Assembly: GCF_963676685.1 (NCBI RefSeq) | Contig: NC_092344.1 | Location: forward strand, 38,130,001 to 38,194,000 | Direction: 5' to 3' | Source: Mytilus edulis | Taxonomy: Eukaryota | Length of the DNA stretch: 64,000 nt | Shown: positions 52,000 to 64,000 of the stretch, in pieces | Layout of the letters: every line of letters starts with the position of its first letter | How positions within the stretch are numbered: position 1 is the stretch's first letter | Made by a program: the position numbers and the translations under genes | The notes under the pieces: generated by a model | Databases searched by the model: none | What the model was told of the DNA's origin: nothing | What the model saw: only the letters and a program-made list of their open reading frames with translations

Positions 52000-52898
52000 A
52001 TCTTCATCTCCCCACTCTGTGTTGCCATGTCCTTTGTAGTAGTTTCTGTTTGGGTCTCTTCTCAGATGTTTCGGGCATCTGGAGGACAGCTTCAGTTGTT
52101 TCCTTTGCTGTGTCGCTTCCCTCTATCACTACCACTGTTGTCTCCGTATACTCTCAATTTTCTACCGACTCATCAAATAGGCACTCAGTTGATATACTGT
52201 TCCATCAGGCAGAATTGCCTTTTCTACTTTCTTCACACCACCTATGCCATCAGGGATGACGGAGCCTGAATACATTTGGCTTCTTCTTCTTGCCTTTTCT
52301 CGAATACATAAAACCCTGGCAGCATCCTCAGAGGTTTGGTATAAAGAGGGCGGTGCCATGAATCTTGTCTTTTCGTCCTTCAAGTCATCCTTTTTTGGAA
52401 GGATGAGATGTCTATTTCTTTCCTCCGACAGCTTTTCGTCTTCTTTCTTGCTTTTGGCTTTTTCAGTAGTTTTTTTGGTGTTTCTATCTTCCTTTTCTTA
52501 GGAGTAGTTGGAAGAGGAGAAATTGGCGATTCAAAAAGTGCCATCAAATTCTCTGGTAACTGTGGTAAGCTTTCATCGTCATATCCCAAAGTGATAGGGA
52601 CAGGGGACTTTATTGGTGAAAAGTTCATCCTACTAGTACATTTCTCTGGGGACTTTTCAAATTTCTGGATCAATGGCGCCCTCTTCATTGGTGATACCGG
52701 GATGACAAATGTTGGATTCGACCTCGGTTTTTCATTGTTTTGTTTAGTTTTCTTTTCTGCTGCTTTTACTTGTTCTGCATGTCTTGCCTTTTCATGTTCC
52801 TTTATTCTGAAGGCCAGGCCTGGGTAAAATATTTTGCCAGGCATAAAAATTCCAGTCATAATATAATTACAAGTGTCTAATGTAACAGAAAAGGTCAA
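52000..52898 (-). pseudogene. Frameshifted ORF of unknown family (Pro/Ser/Lys-rich; GGVKKVEKAILPDGTVYQLSAY)
   Basis: Overlapping ORFs 52380-52898 and 52162-52383 with coding-like composition; no domain recognised. Confidence 0.45.
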
Positions 52899-53716
52899 AC
52901 AAATAAAATATCCTTGACATATGATTTAATTTATACATATTTCCATTTTTTCAGAGGGTTTCCAGTGCAGATTATCTGATTTTGATCTCAATCTGAGAAG
53001 GGAGGAAAATGTTACGTGGTTTAAAAAGGTTGCATACTACTGTTAAAGTACGTCAGTCTTTCAATAAAACAAAATTGATGTACAATGACTGAAGGTACAT
53101 GGCTACACAATCTCCATGGATATGGGATATGCCAATACCAATATAACTGCATACCAAATACCACTCACTTATCATATGTCGTTCCTTTTAAACAAACCTC
53201 AACTCCGTCAAGGCTAGACAAAAATTAGTATGTTTTTATGGTCTGTTGATTAAAAAACAAAAAGGTGAACATTTTTAGGTAAACTATTAATAAATCTGTT
53301 AATTTTAAGCAGTAGAAAGGAATGTGAGGAATATGAATTCACAACTACTACAGAACTTTCTCAAGATGAATCTGATTGCCTCAGTTAGTGCTGCGCGAAA
53401 AGGGAAAAGGACCCAGGCTTACATTATTTTATATTATTTTTATGACATTACCGTAAAGTTATATCTCAGCTTTTACATGATACTTTTATTTTGTAACAAA
53501 AATACATGTAATAAAAATACATGTTTAACAAAGCACTAGCTAGTGTTGTACCACAATTTCGATAAATAAAATAGATTCGATGATTGAAGAGCCAGTGGTA
53601 AATATGAACAAATTTTTATCATCTTTACCTTATCCCAATTGCAATGTCCATGTTAAATATCTTATTATCAGCTTGGGAAATGTTAAAACTCAACTGAAAA
53701 AGGAAATTAAAAAAAA

Positions 53717-54858
53717 AACAAGTGAAACTGCGAGCTACTGCTCACTGATGATACCCCCGCCGCAAGTGGATAATATTAATAGTGTAAAAATATGCAAGTG
53801 TTCGGTAAACAGGAAGTTGTCGAGTGATGAATCTGAAAACGCGTCACACGGTATAGCTGACTTATATAAATCCTGAAACCAAATTTCAGAAATCCTTGTA
53901 TTGTAGTTCCTGAGAAAAATGTGACGAAAATTTTCAACTTGGCTGTCATGTGTAAAATCATACAAGTGTTCGGTAAACAGGAAGTTGTCTAGTGATGAAT
54001 CTGAAAACGCATCACACGGTATGGCTGACATATATAAATGTTGATACCAAATTACAGAAAGGGTGGATGTGTAGTTCCTGAGAAAAATGTGACGAAAATT
54101 TTCAACTTGGCTATCATGTGTAAAATCATACAAGTGTTCGGTAAACAGGAAGTTGTCAAGTGATCAATCTGAAAACGCATCACACGGTATAGCTGACTTA
54201 GATAAACCCTGAAACCAAATTTCAGAAATCCTTGTATTGTAGTTCCTGAGAAAAATGTGACGAAAATTTTCAACTTGGCTATCATGTGTAAAATCATACA
54301 AGTGTTCGGTAAACAGGAAGTTGTCAAGTGATCAATCTGAAAACGCATCAGACGGTATGGCTGACATATATAAATGTTGATACCAAATTACAGAAAGGGT
54401 GGATGTGTAGTTCCTGAGAAAAATGTGACGAAAATTTTCAACTTGGCTATCATGTGTAAAATCATACAAGTGTTCGGTAAACAGGAAGTTGTCAAGTGAT
54501 CAATCTGAAAACGCATCACACGGTATAGCTGACTTAGATAAACCCTGAAACCAAATTTCAGAAATCCTTGTATTGTAGTTCCTGAGAAAAATGTGACGAA
54601 AATTTTCAACTTGGCTATCATGTGTAAAATCATACAAGTGTTCGGTAAACAGGAAGTTGTCAAGTGATCAATCTGAAAACGCATCAGACGGTATGGTATG
54701 GCTGACATATATAAATGTTGATACCAAATTACAGAAAGGGTGGATGTGTAGTTCCTGAGAAAAATGTGACGAAAGTTTCATGGGACGGACTGACTGACTG
54801 ACGGACAGACAGAGGTAAAACAGTATACCCCCCTTTTTTTAAAGCGGGGATATAAAAA
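53717..54858 (-). mobile_element. HINE containing a 168-bp satellite arranged as a 336-bp A-B dimer x3
   Basis: AACAAG end; GACG/GACT microsatellite and ATACCCCC...GGGGATATAAAAA hairpin end; CAAGTGTTCGGTAAACAGG recurs about every 168 bp. Confidence 0.88.
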
Positions 54859-55419
54859 TGGGTATATATTGTGTAATGACTTAAAACACCATTCTGTTTT
54901 CTCGGTCTCCTTATTCATTGTCCTATCGAAAAGTGATGTTTTTTGCCCTCAGGAAAACACTGACTTAATTTTATTAATTAACCTTAGAATTTAATTGAAT
55001 AAAGTCTGGTGTATTATGTCCTGTAATGGCTCTTACTTAAATATGTGGTGCAAAAATTGTAAGAAATGTTCTTTAGTGTTGTACATTTGCATGTATATGT
55101 AGGTCCTAAATTGTGAGTAGACAGCAACAACAATTATATATTGCAGAAACATTTATGTTTTATCTCAACATGGAAATCAGACAGCATACACATTGGTACA
55201 CCATGTGCCAAAAATTGTCTGTTTTCCATGTACCACTATTCAACACCAGACAAAGAATTAAAAAAAACTTAGTCCTGAAAAAGATTAACAGTAAAAACGT
55301 GTTGATATTGCCACAACAGCTTTTTGGATGTGGTAGATATCCCAGATGTTGGGTGCCTCCCGTAGTCTTCAAGGTTACATGTAAGAAAGTCGGCTAGCAG
55401 GAAGAGAAGGAAATACGTC

Positions 55420-55902
55420 AATTGATTGATTGATTGTTGATTGCTTAACCACCAGTGGCAAATATTTCGTGCATATTCAGGACGAAAACAAGTACAATAG
55501 GTAGGTCTTGTAAAAGAGCCCATCCGGGATGATGGTCGTTGACATTTAGACTGCCACCGGAAACTGAGGGACAATTGGATAGGGACAACAATGTTGCCTT
55601 GCAACAGGCCACCTACGAACCCCTCAAAGAGTTGTTGCAAGGATTCTTAACGTGCAGAGAGTGTGGCACTCTCTCACCTACGAACCCCTCAAAGAGTTGC
55701 TGCAAGGGTTCTTAACGTGCAGAGAGAGTGCCCTCTCTCTACACGAGGCATCGAATTTAACGTCCCAATTCTGACCGGACGTGGCTGCGTACTTAATACA
55801 TCCTGCACAGCCAAGCGGACGCCCCACGTTGGCTGGGGTTATACTGCCGGTCGGAAGAAGACCTGTAGTGGCCATATTTCTATTCCCCAGTCACCCTTGG
55901 GG
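55420..55902 (-). mobile_element. Nin/Deu-domain SINE with an internal duplication of about 65 bp
   Basis: (AATC)n tail; about 55610-55675 repeated at 55675-55740. Confidence 0.75.
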
Positions 55903-56848
55903 CGGAATTACATCAAAATCATTTTGTTATTTTCATCATGTTAATATAGCCAAGAAAAGTGCTGATGAACACTTGATTAATTATTGTAAAACGAGTTCAT
56001 TGAAGAGATTTTATTTCAGCATGTTTCACCCAATTTACCGCAATCTAAAACTTTGCACCCATGTTGTGATAATTGCATGAAAAACAGTTCCTGTTCTGAC
56101 TGTTCAACATTCGACAAAGATTTGGTCTCATACCAGGATCATAACGCTCTTTCAGCAATTGGTGGTATTAAACATTACAGGCAAGTCTCCAATGAACAAA
56201 GACATGCAATTAGACACAATTTAGAACAAATGATGGCCGAGTTAGCTAGAACATGATCAGCTTTATGTTTTGAGTTTAGACATCTGAACACGTTAAAGCT
56301 AACAAATGATTACTGATATTCGCAATAATGAGATGTGGTAATGTTTCCATCAACCAGAGTGACTAAATGGCCTTTAACAAAAAAACACACACCTTGCAGT
56401 GTTAAGGACGCTGTATTACAAAATGTAAAGTTAATGAAGTGAGGAAAAGACATGATATATGCAAAAACAATAAAGAAATATGACACAGCAACCGCTCAAA
56501 TACGGGCTCCTTACTTGGGTCAGGTACACAAAAATATTCACATTCTATTTTAGTTTTAGGGAACATTTTTTTTTTATTTCGATATGTCTAATGTATAAAT
56601 ATTACTTTAAAAACTTATTGGGGAATGAGTTGATGGTGTAATGGTTAGGCTGTTGCGCTTCGTCACTTCAAGTCATATAACAGACACGCTCAAACCTATC
56701 CGAGCGGAGAATTATTTTTGCATCTTCAATTCATGCTTACGTCTTCAATTAATGTTAAATAAGGTGAAATTAATTTATTTCAAGCCATAAACTATTTCTT
56801 TTTAACATTTCATTGTTTCATGTTTGACTTAGCCCTATTCACATTCTA

Positions 56849-57250
56849 TTGATTGATTGATGGTTGCTTAACGTCCAGTGGCAAATGTTTCATCCATATT
56901 CAGGACGAGAACAAGATCACAACAAATACAATAGTAGGTTGATATAAAAGAGGCCATTAGTGATGATGGTCGGGGAAATTCGGACAGCCACTGGAAAATG
57001 AGGGTATATTGGATAGGGACAGAAATTTTGCCTTGCAACAGGCCACCTACGGACCCCTCAAAGAGTTGTTGCAAGGGTTCTTAACGTGCAAAGAGCGTGA
57101 CACTCTCTTTACACCAGGCAGCGGATTTAACGTCCCCCTTCTGACCGGACGTGACTGCGAACTTTATACATCACACACAGCCAAACGGACGCCCCACTTC
57201 GGCAAGCGTTTTACTGCCGGTCGGGAGAAGACCAAGTGACCATATTTCTA
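56849..57250 (-). mobile_element. Nin/Deu-domain SINE
   Basis: Homologous to the 55420 and 58434 copies. Confidence 0.75.
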
Positions 57251-58000
57251 ATTTACAAAAAACATAATTTGTTTCACATTCTAAAGAGGATTTCTCATTT
57301 GCGCAATCTTTGCATATAAATGAGCAAGAGGCACTTGCAGTGGCTTTGGCAGTCAAAACGTTGGGATAAGTGCTGGCAAAATAAGCGTTTATATATTTTT
57401 TGTGATAATGCATCAACTGTTGCCTATATCAATAAGTGTACCCCAAGGAACAAACTTTGATGTCCTTTTTGCGTAAATTGTTTTGGCTACCTGCTTCTCA
57501 TATCTTTCATCTTGTCGCAATTCATTTGCTATTTCCAGATTGCAGACCAAAAAACATAATGCCCCCAGGTAGGGCATACAAAATTAATCAAATCAAGGAA
57601 TTGAGACAACATTTTAGCATCGTACAAAATAGAATAACCGACCACAATGAATATCGTAAACCACAAGATTTTTTTTTTTTTATCTTTTTTGTGCTACGTT
57701 TTATGTTTTATGTTTATGTTCATGTTTACTGGTTATAATTTAGTAAAGACTTTCAATTAGTGTTATAAAAGATTTGATAGGTTTAATAATAAAGTTACAA
57801 CATAACAAATAAAAGAATTTATATCGAAAAATTAAAGAGTCGAAACTTCCATTTATAGCATCTTCTGCTGATGTTAAGTGTTGTGAAGGATTTCTCGAGA
57901 TTAAAAACATCTGTATGCATCAACACAAGTACATAAAAGACATCGCAATTGAGTGTAGTTATAATGATGACTTTGTTAGCAATGAAGTGAAGCTAATATA

Positions 58001-58062
58001 ATTGATTCTATTTCTATACAATTGATTCTATTTCTATACAATTGATTCTATTTCTATACAAT
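58001..58062. repeat. 20-bp tandem repeat x3
   Basis: ATTGATTCTATTTCTATACA. Confidence 0.9.
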
Positions 58063-58433
58063 TTCTTTTTAATCGTTAAAGGTCTTTGAGGTTTTCTAAA
58101 ACGCATTCAGCACAAGATTTGCACGGGCTTCAGCTGGGTATACATAAAAGGGATTTTTTATTTTTATTCAAACGTCATTACGCAAAATGGAACCCAATGA
58201 GAAAAAAAGGAAACGTAAGTACCATTTAACATGTACATTTTAAAATGTAGTTCGACAGTGCATGTAGTTGAAGATACATGCAACTAGCCATATTAAGAAG
58301 CAGTTTCCTACTGGTCTACAGTGTGCAAGGAAATTGTTTGACACAGTGCATGTGAGTGGCAAGAGGGAAGTCAATTGGTCTGCTTTTTATTACACTCATA
58401 CGTAGTCCTACTACCTAGTATCAGTGGGAGGAC

Positions 58434-58987
58434 TGATTGATTGTTGGTTGCTCAACGTCCAGTGGCAAATATTTCATGCATATTCAGGACGAGAACAATT
58501 TAACAATATATACAGTAGGTAGGATTTGTCATAATAGAGGCCATTTGGGATGATAGTCGAGGAAATTCAGACTGCCACTGGAAATATAAAGGTAATATTG
58601 GTTAGGGACAGAAATTTAACCTTGCAACAGGCCACCTACGGACCCCTCTAAGAGTTGTTGCAAGTGGTCCTCATTGCTTTTCAACTTTGTATTTGTTTGG
58701 CTTTTTAACTGTTTTGATCTGAGCGTCACTGATGAGCGTTATGTAGACGAAACGCGCGTCTGGCGTATTAAATTATAATTCTGGTACCTTTGATAACTTA
58801 ACGTGCAAAGAGCGTGGCATTCTCTTTACACGAGGCATCGGATTTAACGTCCCCAATAAGACCGGACGTGACTGCGAACTTGATACATCCCGCTCAGCCA
58901 AACGGACGCCCCACTTCGCCAAGCGTTTTACTGCCGGTCGGAAGAAGACCAAGTGACCATATTTCTATTCCCCAGTCACCCTTTGGG
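58434..58987 (-). mobile_element. Nin/Deu-domain SINE interrupted by a hammerhead-bearing insertion (about 58665-58797)
   Basis: Comparison with the uninterrupted copy at 57061-57100. Confidence 0.8.
58723..58766 (+). ncRNA. Type I minimal hammerhead ribozyme (helix II partly mutated)
   Basis: gcguca-CUGAUGA-gcgu-uaugu-agac-GAAA-cgcgcg-UC-uggcgu. Confidence 0.75.
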
Positions 58988-60226
58988 AGGGATGAAATTG
59001 TGTGTCATGCTGCGACACACTACTTGGTACCAAAAAATAGATTGAGTACTTATGACCAAATGACAATGAGAAATTGGGCTAATAAGTTTGAGAAATGTGT
59101 CAGACAAAGAAGAGTTAGACAATAAACTACTTGTACAAATATTCATCTCCCAGTGGCACCATTTGGCTTCTGGAAACAACAGAAGAACTTCAACTTTTAT
59201 TAAGATCTGGTAAAATAAATCCAAAGAACCAGAATTAAGTTAATATCAAGAGGGTATGGACCCAGGAACACAGTAGTATATTGTCCATGTGCAAAAAAAA
59301 AAAAAAAAAAATATCAATTATCATGTATATCTCCATGCGCTATATTTAATTGTCCAATTTATACAATAATCCCACCATAAACAAACCTGTCTCAAACAGA
59401 TTTAGGAGTATGCACTAGAGAATTTCACATCTGTTATCATTGAAATATTTCAACATTATTCAAAATAGAAATCGTTTTAATTACATATGTTTTTCAAAAT
59501 TTAATTACCATCATATGTTTCATAAATGTGTCTTGTAAGTATAAATGGTTTATGCAAATCATGTCCATTTGATCCTCTTTTTATTGATATCCCAGATTGG
59601 AGAAACACAAATTGCCGGGAATCGAAGATGGATCATAGGTACCATAGAAAATGCAGAGGAAAACATCTTATTTCACCCTATATGGGGCGACACTGTTGCC
59701 ATTGGCAACAGATTAAGTGAACCCAGAGGTTTTTGATATTAGAACCTCTCATCTCTATCATCCACTCAGCTGTACAATGTTTTCATAGCTGTCATGTTCG
59801 GTTTTAAACAAAATATTTTGTCTTTATCTAATTCCCTCCTACTTGTTTGAATGTTTTTTATATAGATATTTGTAAATATTGAATATTTATTTCAGTTGTT
59901 GCCAGTAGAAATGCAGAAATAATGACAAGATCCAAAACAAAGAAATTTTAACATAAGCTGCCCGGTAACAGCAAGGTGGTTTTTTTCTCTATTAGATCAG
60001 AAGGTGTTTTACTCCACCCCCTTGATTTAATTTTTTCACATATCTTTTATACACTACTGGCTTTGTGGATTTTTGACAGTGAGAAGCCCAAACTTATGTT
60101 CACACATAAATGTGCAAAGTCAAATTTACAAACATATTTAATACTCATATTTCCATATCTTCAGTTAATGAGATGAAAGAAAAGAAATTATATCAGTAAT
60201 CCAAATTTGGCTTCAGGGAACTAATA

Positions 60227-60780
60227 TAAAAAAGATGTGGTATGACTGCCAATGAGACAACTATCCACAAAAGACCAAAATGACAGACATAAACAACCAT
60301 AGGTCACCGTACGGCCTTCAACAATGAGCAAAGCCCATACCGCATAGTCAGCTATAAAAGGCCCCGATAAGGCAATTTAAAACAATTCAAACGAGAAAAC
60401 TAACGGCCTTATTTATGTAAAAAACAAATGAACGCAAAACAAATATGTAACACATAAACAAACGACAACCACTGAATAACAGGCTCCTGACTTTGGACAG
60501 ACACATACTAAAATAATGTGGCGGGGTTAAACATGTTAGCGGGATCCCAACCCTCCCCTAACCTGGGACAGTGGTATAACAGTACAACATAAGAACGAAC
60601 TATAAAATTCAGTTGAAAAAGGCTTAACTCAAAAATACAATTGGACGTGGCCCGGTACTTATACATCCCGACACAAATAGACACAATGAACAGATCTGAG
60701 AGTACTCGCAGTTATCTGACAGCTAGTTTAAAGCCACTAACAACTAATAAAAAAATCATGCATCTAAGACTAAACTTTCA
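60227..60780. repeat. Interspersed SINE-like repeat, inverse of 2350-2790
   Basis: AAAAAGATGTGGTATGA...GGGATCCCAACCCTCCCCTAAC. Confidence 0.8.
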
Positions 60781-63649
60781 ACTTTAATTTTATTTATAAT
60801 TTTCCCACTCTTGATCAAGTTTTAAAAAGGGATAGATAATATATGGAAGAAACATTAAAAACTGAAGAAAAAAACAACATATTGTAAGGAGAATCATGCC
60901 GCTATATGAATTGATTTAATTAGTACAGTTTTTTTTTTTAGAGATTGCTGCTTATTAAAAATGCTAGGGAAAATACTGCTTATTAAAAATGCTAGGGAAA
61001 ATACGCGTTTTCATGATATTCTGACCGACTTTAAATACAAAAAAATGCCTTCATTAAATACAATTTTACAGTATTCTACACACACTCTTGTATTATTGAT
61101 TCATTGATTTGTGTTTAACGCCACTTCCAGCACTGTTGGCTATTTCGTTGCAGCAAGTGTGGTGGTTGTGCACTGTTGGCCATTTCGTTGCAGCAAGTGT
61201 GGTTGTGCAACCCTGAGTGCCGGGAGAGAAGCAGCGATCTTCAGTATAACTGTCTAATAGTCCATTAAGATTGGAGTCAGTGGTGAAAGTTCGTTCATTG
61301 TTAATACTTCAGAAGGTTTAGTTGATCACCTTTTATATATCTCCGATATGAGAAACACAAATCGCCGGAAAAAGAAAGTGGAGAATCAAAATTATTGCAA
61401 ATGAAGTCAATGTCTCCTATGTGGTGACGCTGTTGCCATTGGCAATGCATTAGAAGTTAATCCTGAAATCAATATTGATGCAAGCTAGCTAAGGGGCGGG
61501 TCCAGGTGAGGGCGTACGCCTCGCTAAGCTTGGCGAAAGATATGATTCTACGCCCCCTATTTCAAATACCATAAAAACGCCCCTGTAAGCTGACTTTTGA
61601 TATCAAGACCAAAAGGTGTTCTACTCAACCGCTTTGGATAAATTGGAGGTACTTCTGACCGAACGTGGCTGTGTATTTAAGACATCCAGACGAACGCCAA
61701 ACCTTGTCAAAATTGTTAATTCTGGTCTGAAATAGACCTAATTGATCGTACTATTCACCAGACCAGTAACACTTGGACATACAAGAGTTGTTGCAAGGTA
61801 TCCATACAATGTACGTGCTGAAAGTGTGACACTCTTAAATTGATTCATAGTACTGATAATCCCCATTCTAACGGCACGTGGCTGCGATAAAGAATATCCG
61901 GCACTCATTTCAGAAATTAACTCAACCAGTGCTTGTGCAAAACACACTAATCAGTGCAATTAACAGGCTGACCATGCGAAAAACTAATGAATGTTAGCAG
62001 TGGTTAAATGCCTAAACTTCTGTTGGCACCTAAAAAATATTATAAAAGTAAATAAAAAAATATGTGTCCAAGCTTCTGTTGGCACCTAAAAATTAATAAA
62101 CAACTACTTTTATGTTTCAATGTTTCACGAACTTGATGTTATACGCATCTATGCCCTCTTAGATGAGAAGTGTCAGGGACACTACAAGGTCAACTTCATA
62201 ATAAAAGAAAGTGGAAGAATTATGAAATTACAATACGACACCAAATTAACTGTAGATAGACGGGACTTCAAACTACTCAAGAAGTTCCGTCTAAATGACG
62301 ACAAGTTGTCTTTACCATCTCATGATCTGGTTAGTATATTACTAAGAGTGAAATTTGTAGTTTAATTACGGCCATAATTGCGAAAAGGTTATGATGAACC
62401 TAAAGCACATGTAAAAAAGTGAGAAATCTTCAACCGATGAAATGATTTTACAAAAATGTAGAACCGGTTTTAGGAATCTTGAAATACATACAAAAAAAAA
62501 TTGATGGTGAAGACGAATTTAAATCTAACGTAAAGTTCTGTTCCAGAGTTTCATTTCAAAATATTTATTCACGAAAAGATTTTTAATAACGATATAAATG
62601 TTCAGATTCATCAATTACCTTTAACATTACTTGATGATCAGGAGATGGACGTCCCTCGGGGTAGTATTTTGAATGTTACATGTCAACAAAGCACTACTAG
62701 ACCAACAGAAGATGAACTTATAGCTGACTGCGGTATGGGCTTCGCTCATTTTTGAAGGCCGTATGGTGAGTTATAGTGGGTTTTTTTTGTAATTTCTGTG
62801 TCGTTTGGTCTCTTGTAGGGAGTTGTCTCATTGCCAATTATACCACATCTTCTTTCGTTTGATGTTTATTATAAAATAAAGTATTTAACCTTCTTCCTGC
62901 CATAGGGCCGATTTGGCCGATGCAGAAACAGTACCTTTGACTGCCAAGGATCGGCCCAAAGCCGATGTTGTTTTCCGCTGTGACGTTGTTCCTTCACGTC
63001 ATAGATAATTCGCAGTGCCCTGCGAACTTCGCAAGCTGGCTTGGAAAGAAAATCAGCCGTTGTTCACAGTTCTGCTACCGGGCTCATGGACTTTTCTACT
63101 ATACATAAGTGTCATATTGTGATAAAATATAAGATCAATCTGTCCTTTCAGTCCACGGTGTTAACCGAATGTATAAATATGGACACAAAACCGATAACTC
63201 CCAAAGGGAGATTCATGCACTTTAGAAAGTCTTGCAACTTTAAAACCTCTTTGAGTTGTCCGTAAGTGGCCTGTTGTAAGTCAAAATATGCACCAATATC
63301 TGTCTTATCCTTTTTAATTGACAGTCCGTCCTTCTCTCCTGTGTTACCACTTTTACTAACATATCTTTTAGATTTCTTATGCCTAAAAATCATGATTATG
63401 GATAACAGTTTTTATGCAGTACTTTATTTAATTTAATCTTTTTACTTCCACACTGTACGTAGTTGTTCAATGAATATGACCATCTAAATATAAAGAGAAG
63501 GAGATGTGGTATGATTGCCAATCGGACTATCCACCAAAACTGAATTTGAAATCTTAAAAAAAGATCGCTTTAATTATCAACGAAATTTAATTCGAAAGTT
63601 TTTGATAATATTAGGACTGGAAAGCGTTTTTCAGTTTGATTCATATATA

Positions 63650-64000
63650 AAAGAGGGACGAAAGATACCAAAGGGACAGTCAAACTCATAAATCTAAAAC
63701 AAACTGACAACGCCATGGCTAAAAATGAAAAAGACAAACAGAAAAACAATAGTATACATGACACAACATAGAAAACTAAAGAATAAACAACACGAACCCC
63801 ACCAAAAACTAGGGGTGATCTCAGGTGCTCCGGAAGGGTAAGCAGATCCTGCTCCACATGTGGCACCCGTCGTGTTGTTTATGTGATTACAAATCCGGTA
63901 AATAGTCTAATTCGGTAGGTCACATTCATGAAAGGGAAGGGGATTGTAGTTACGACGTAAGGAACATATCCGATATCATTTGTGAAACGGTTATTTCATA
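63650..64000 (-). mobile_element. 3' end of Naiad-type Penelope-like element, running off the window
   Basis: AAAGAGGGACGAAAGATACC... family; reverse strand VSQMISDMF RT tail. Confidence 0.8.

Noticed and set aside
53735-54708. Several repeated ORFs
   Set aside because: Translations of the 168-bp satellite.
56630-56700. tRNA-like TGGTGTAATGG
   Set aside because: A-box only, no cloverleaf; at most a SINE head remnant.
62120-62365. 81-aa ORF
   Set aside because: No recognisable motif; stops follow immediately; insufficient support.
62886-62960. piggyBac-like TTAACC end
   Set aside because: No matching second TIR found.
63570-63866. 98-aa ORF and similar ORFs at 29224-29554
   Set aside because: Derived from the non-coding 3' region of the PLE repeat.

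Overview
AT-rich eukaryotic (animal) genomic DNA; the repeat families suggest a bivalve, probably Mytilus (inference). No intact host gene is recognisable: the window is a nest of mobile elements. It contains (i) a spliced hAT-like transposase gene (minus strand, 4 exons visible, one frameshift) inserted into a decayed Gypsy integrase, with a 3.2-kb Helentron-type element in its second intron; (ii) six type I minimal hammerhead ribozyme motifs from at least three covarying Penelope-like/retrozyme families, several insertions ending at the same sequence about 30-40 nt downstream of the cleavage site; (iii) a near-identical head-to-tail array of a gag-only (CCHC plus coiled-coil) LTR-like element, interrupted by a related family; (iv) two decayed Harbinger copies and a spliced Myb/SANT pseudogene; (v) Penelope-like (Naiad-type) RT fragments, a CR1-type LINE fragment, Nin/Deu-domain SINEs, MITEs, Helentron-derived HINEs with internal satellites and a 48-bp minisatellite; (vi) decayed C2H2, KCTD-type BTB and USP-like coding fragments of unclear origin. 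All calls come from reading the sequence by eye; no database search was run.
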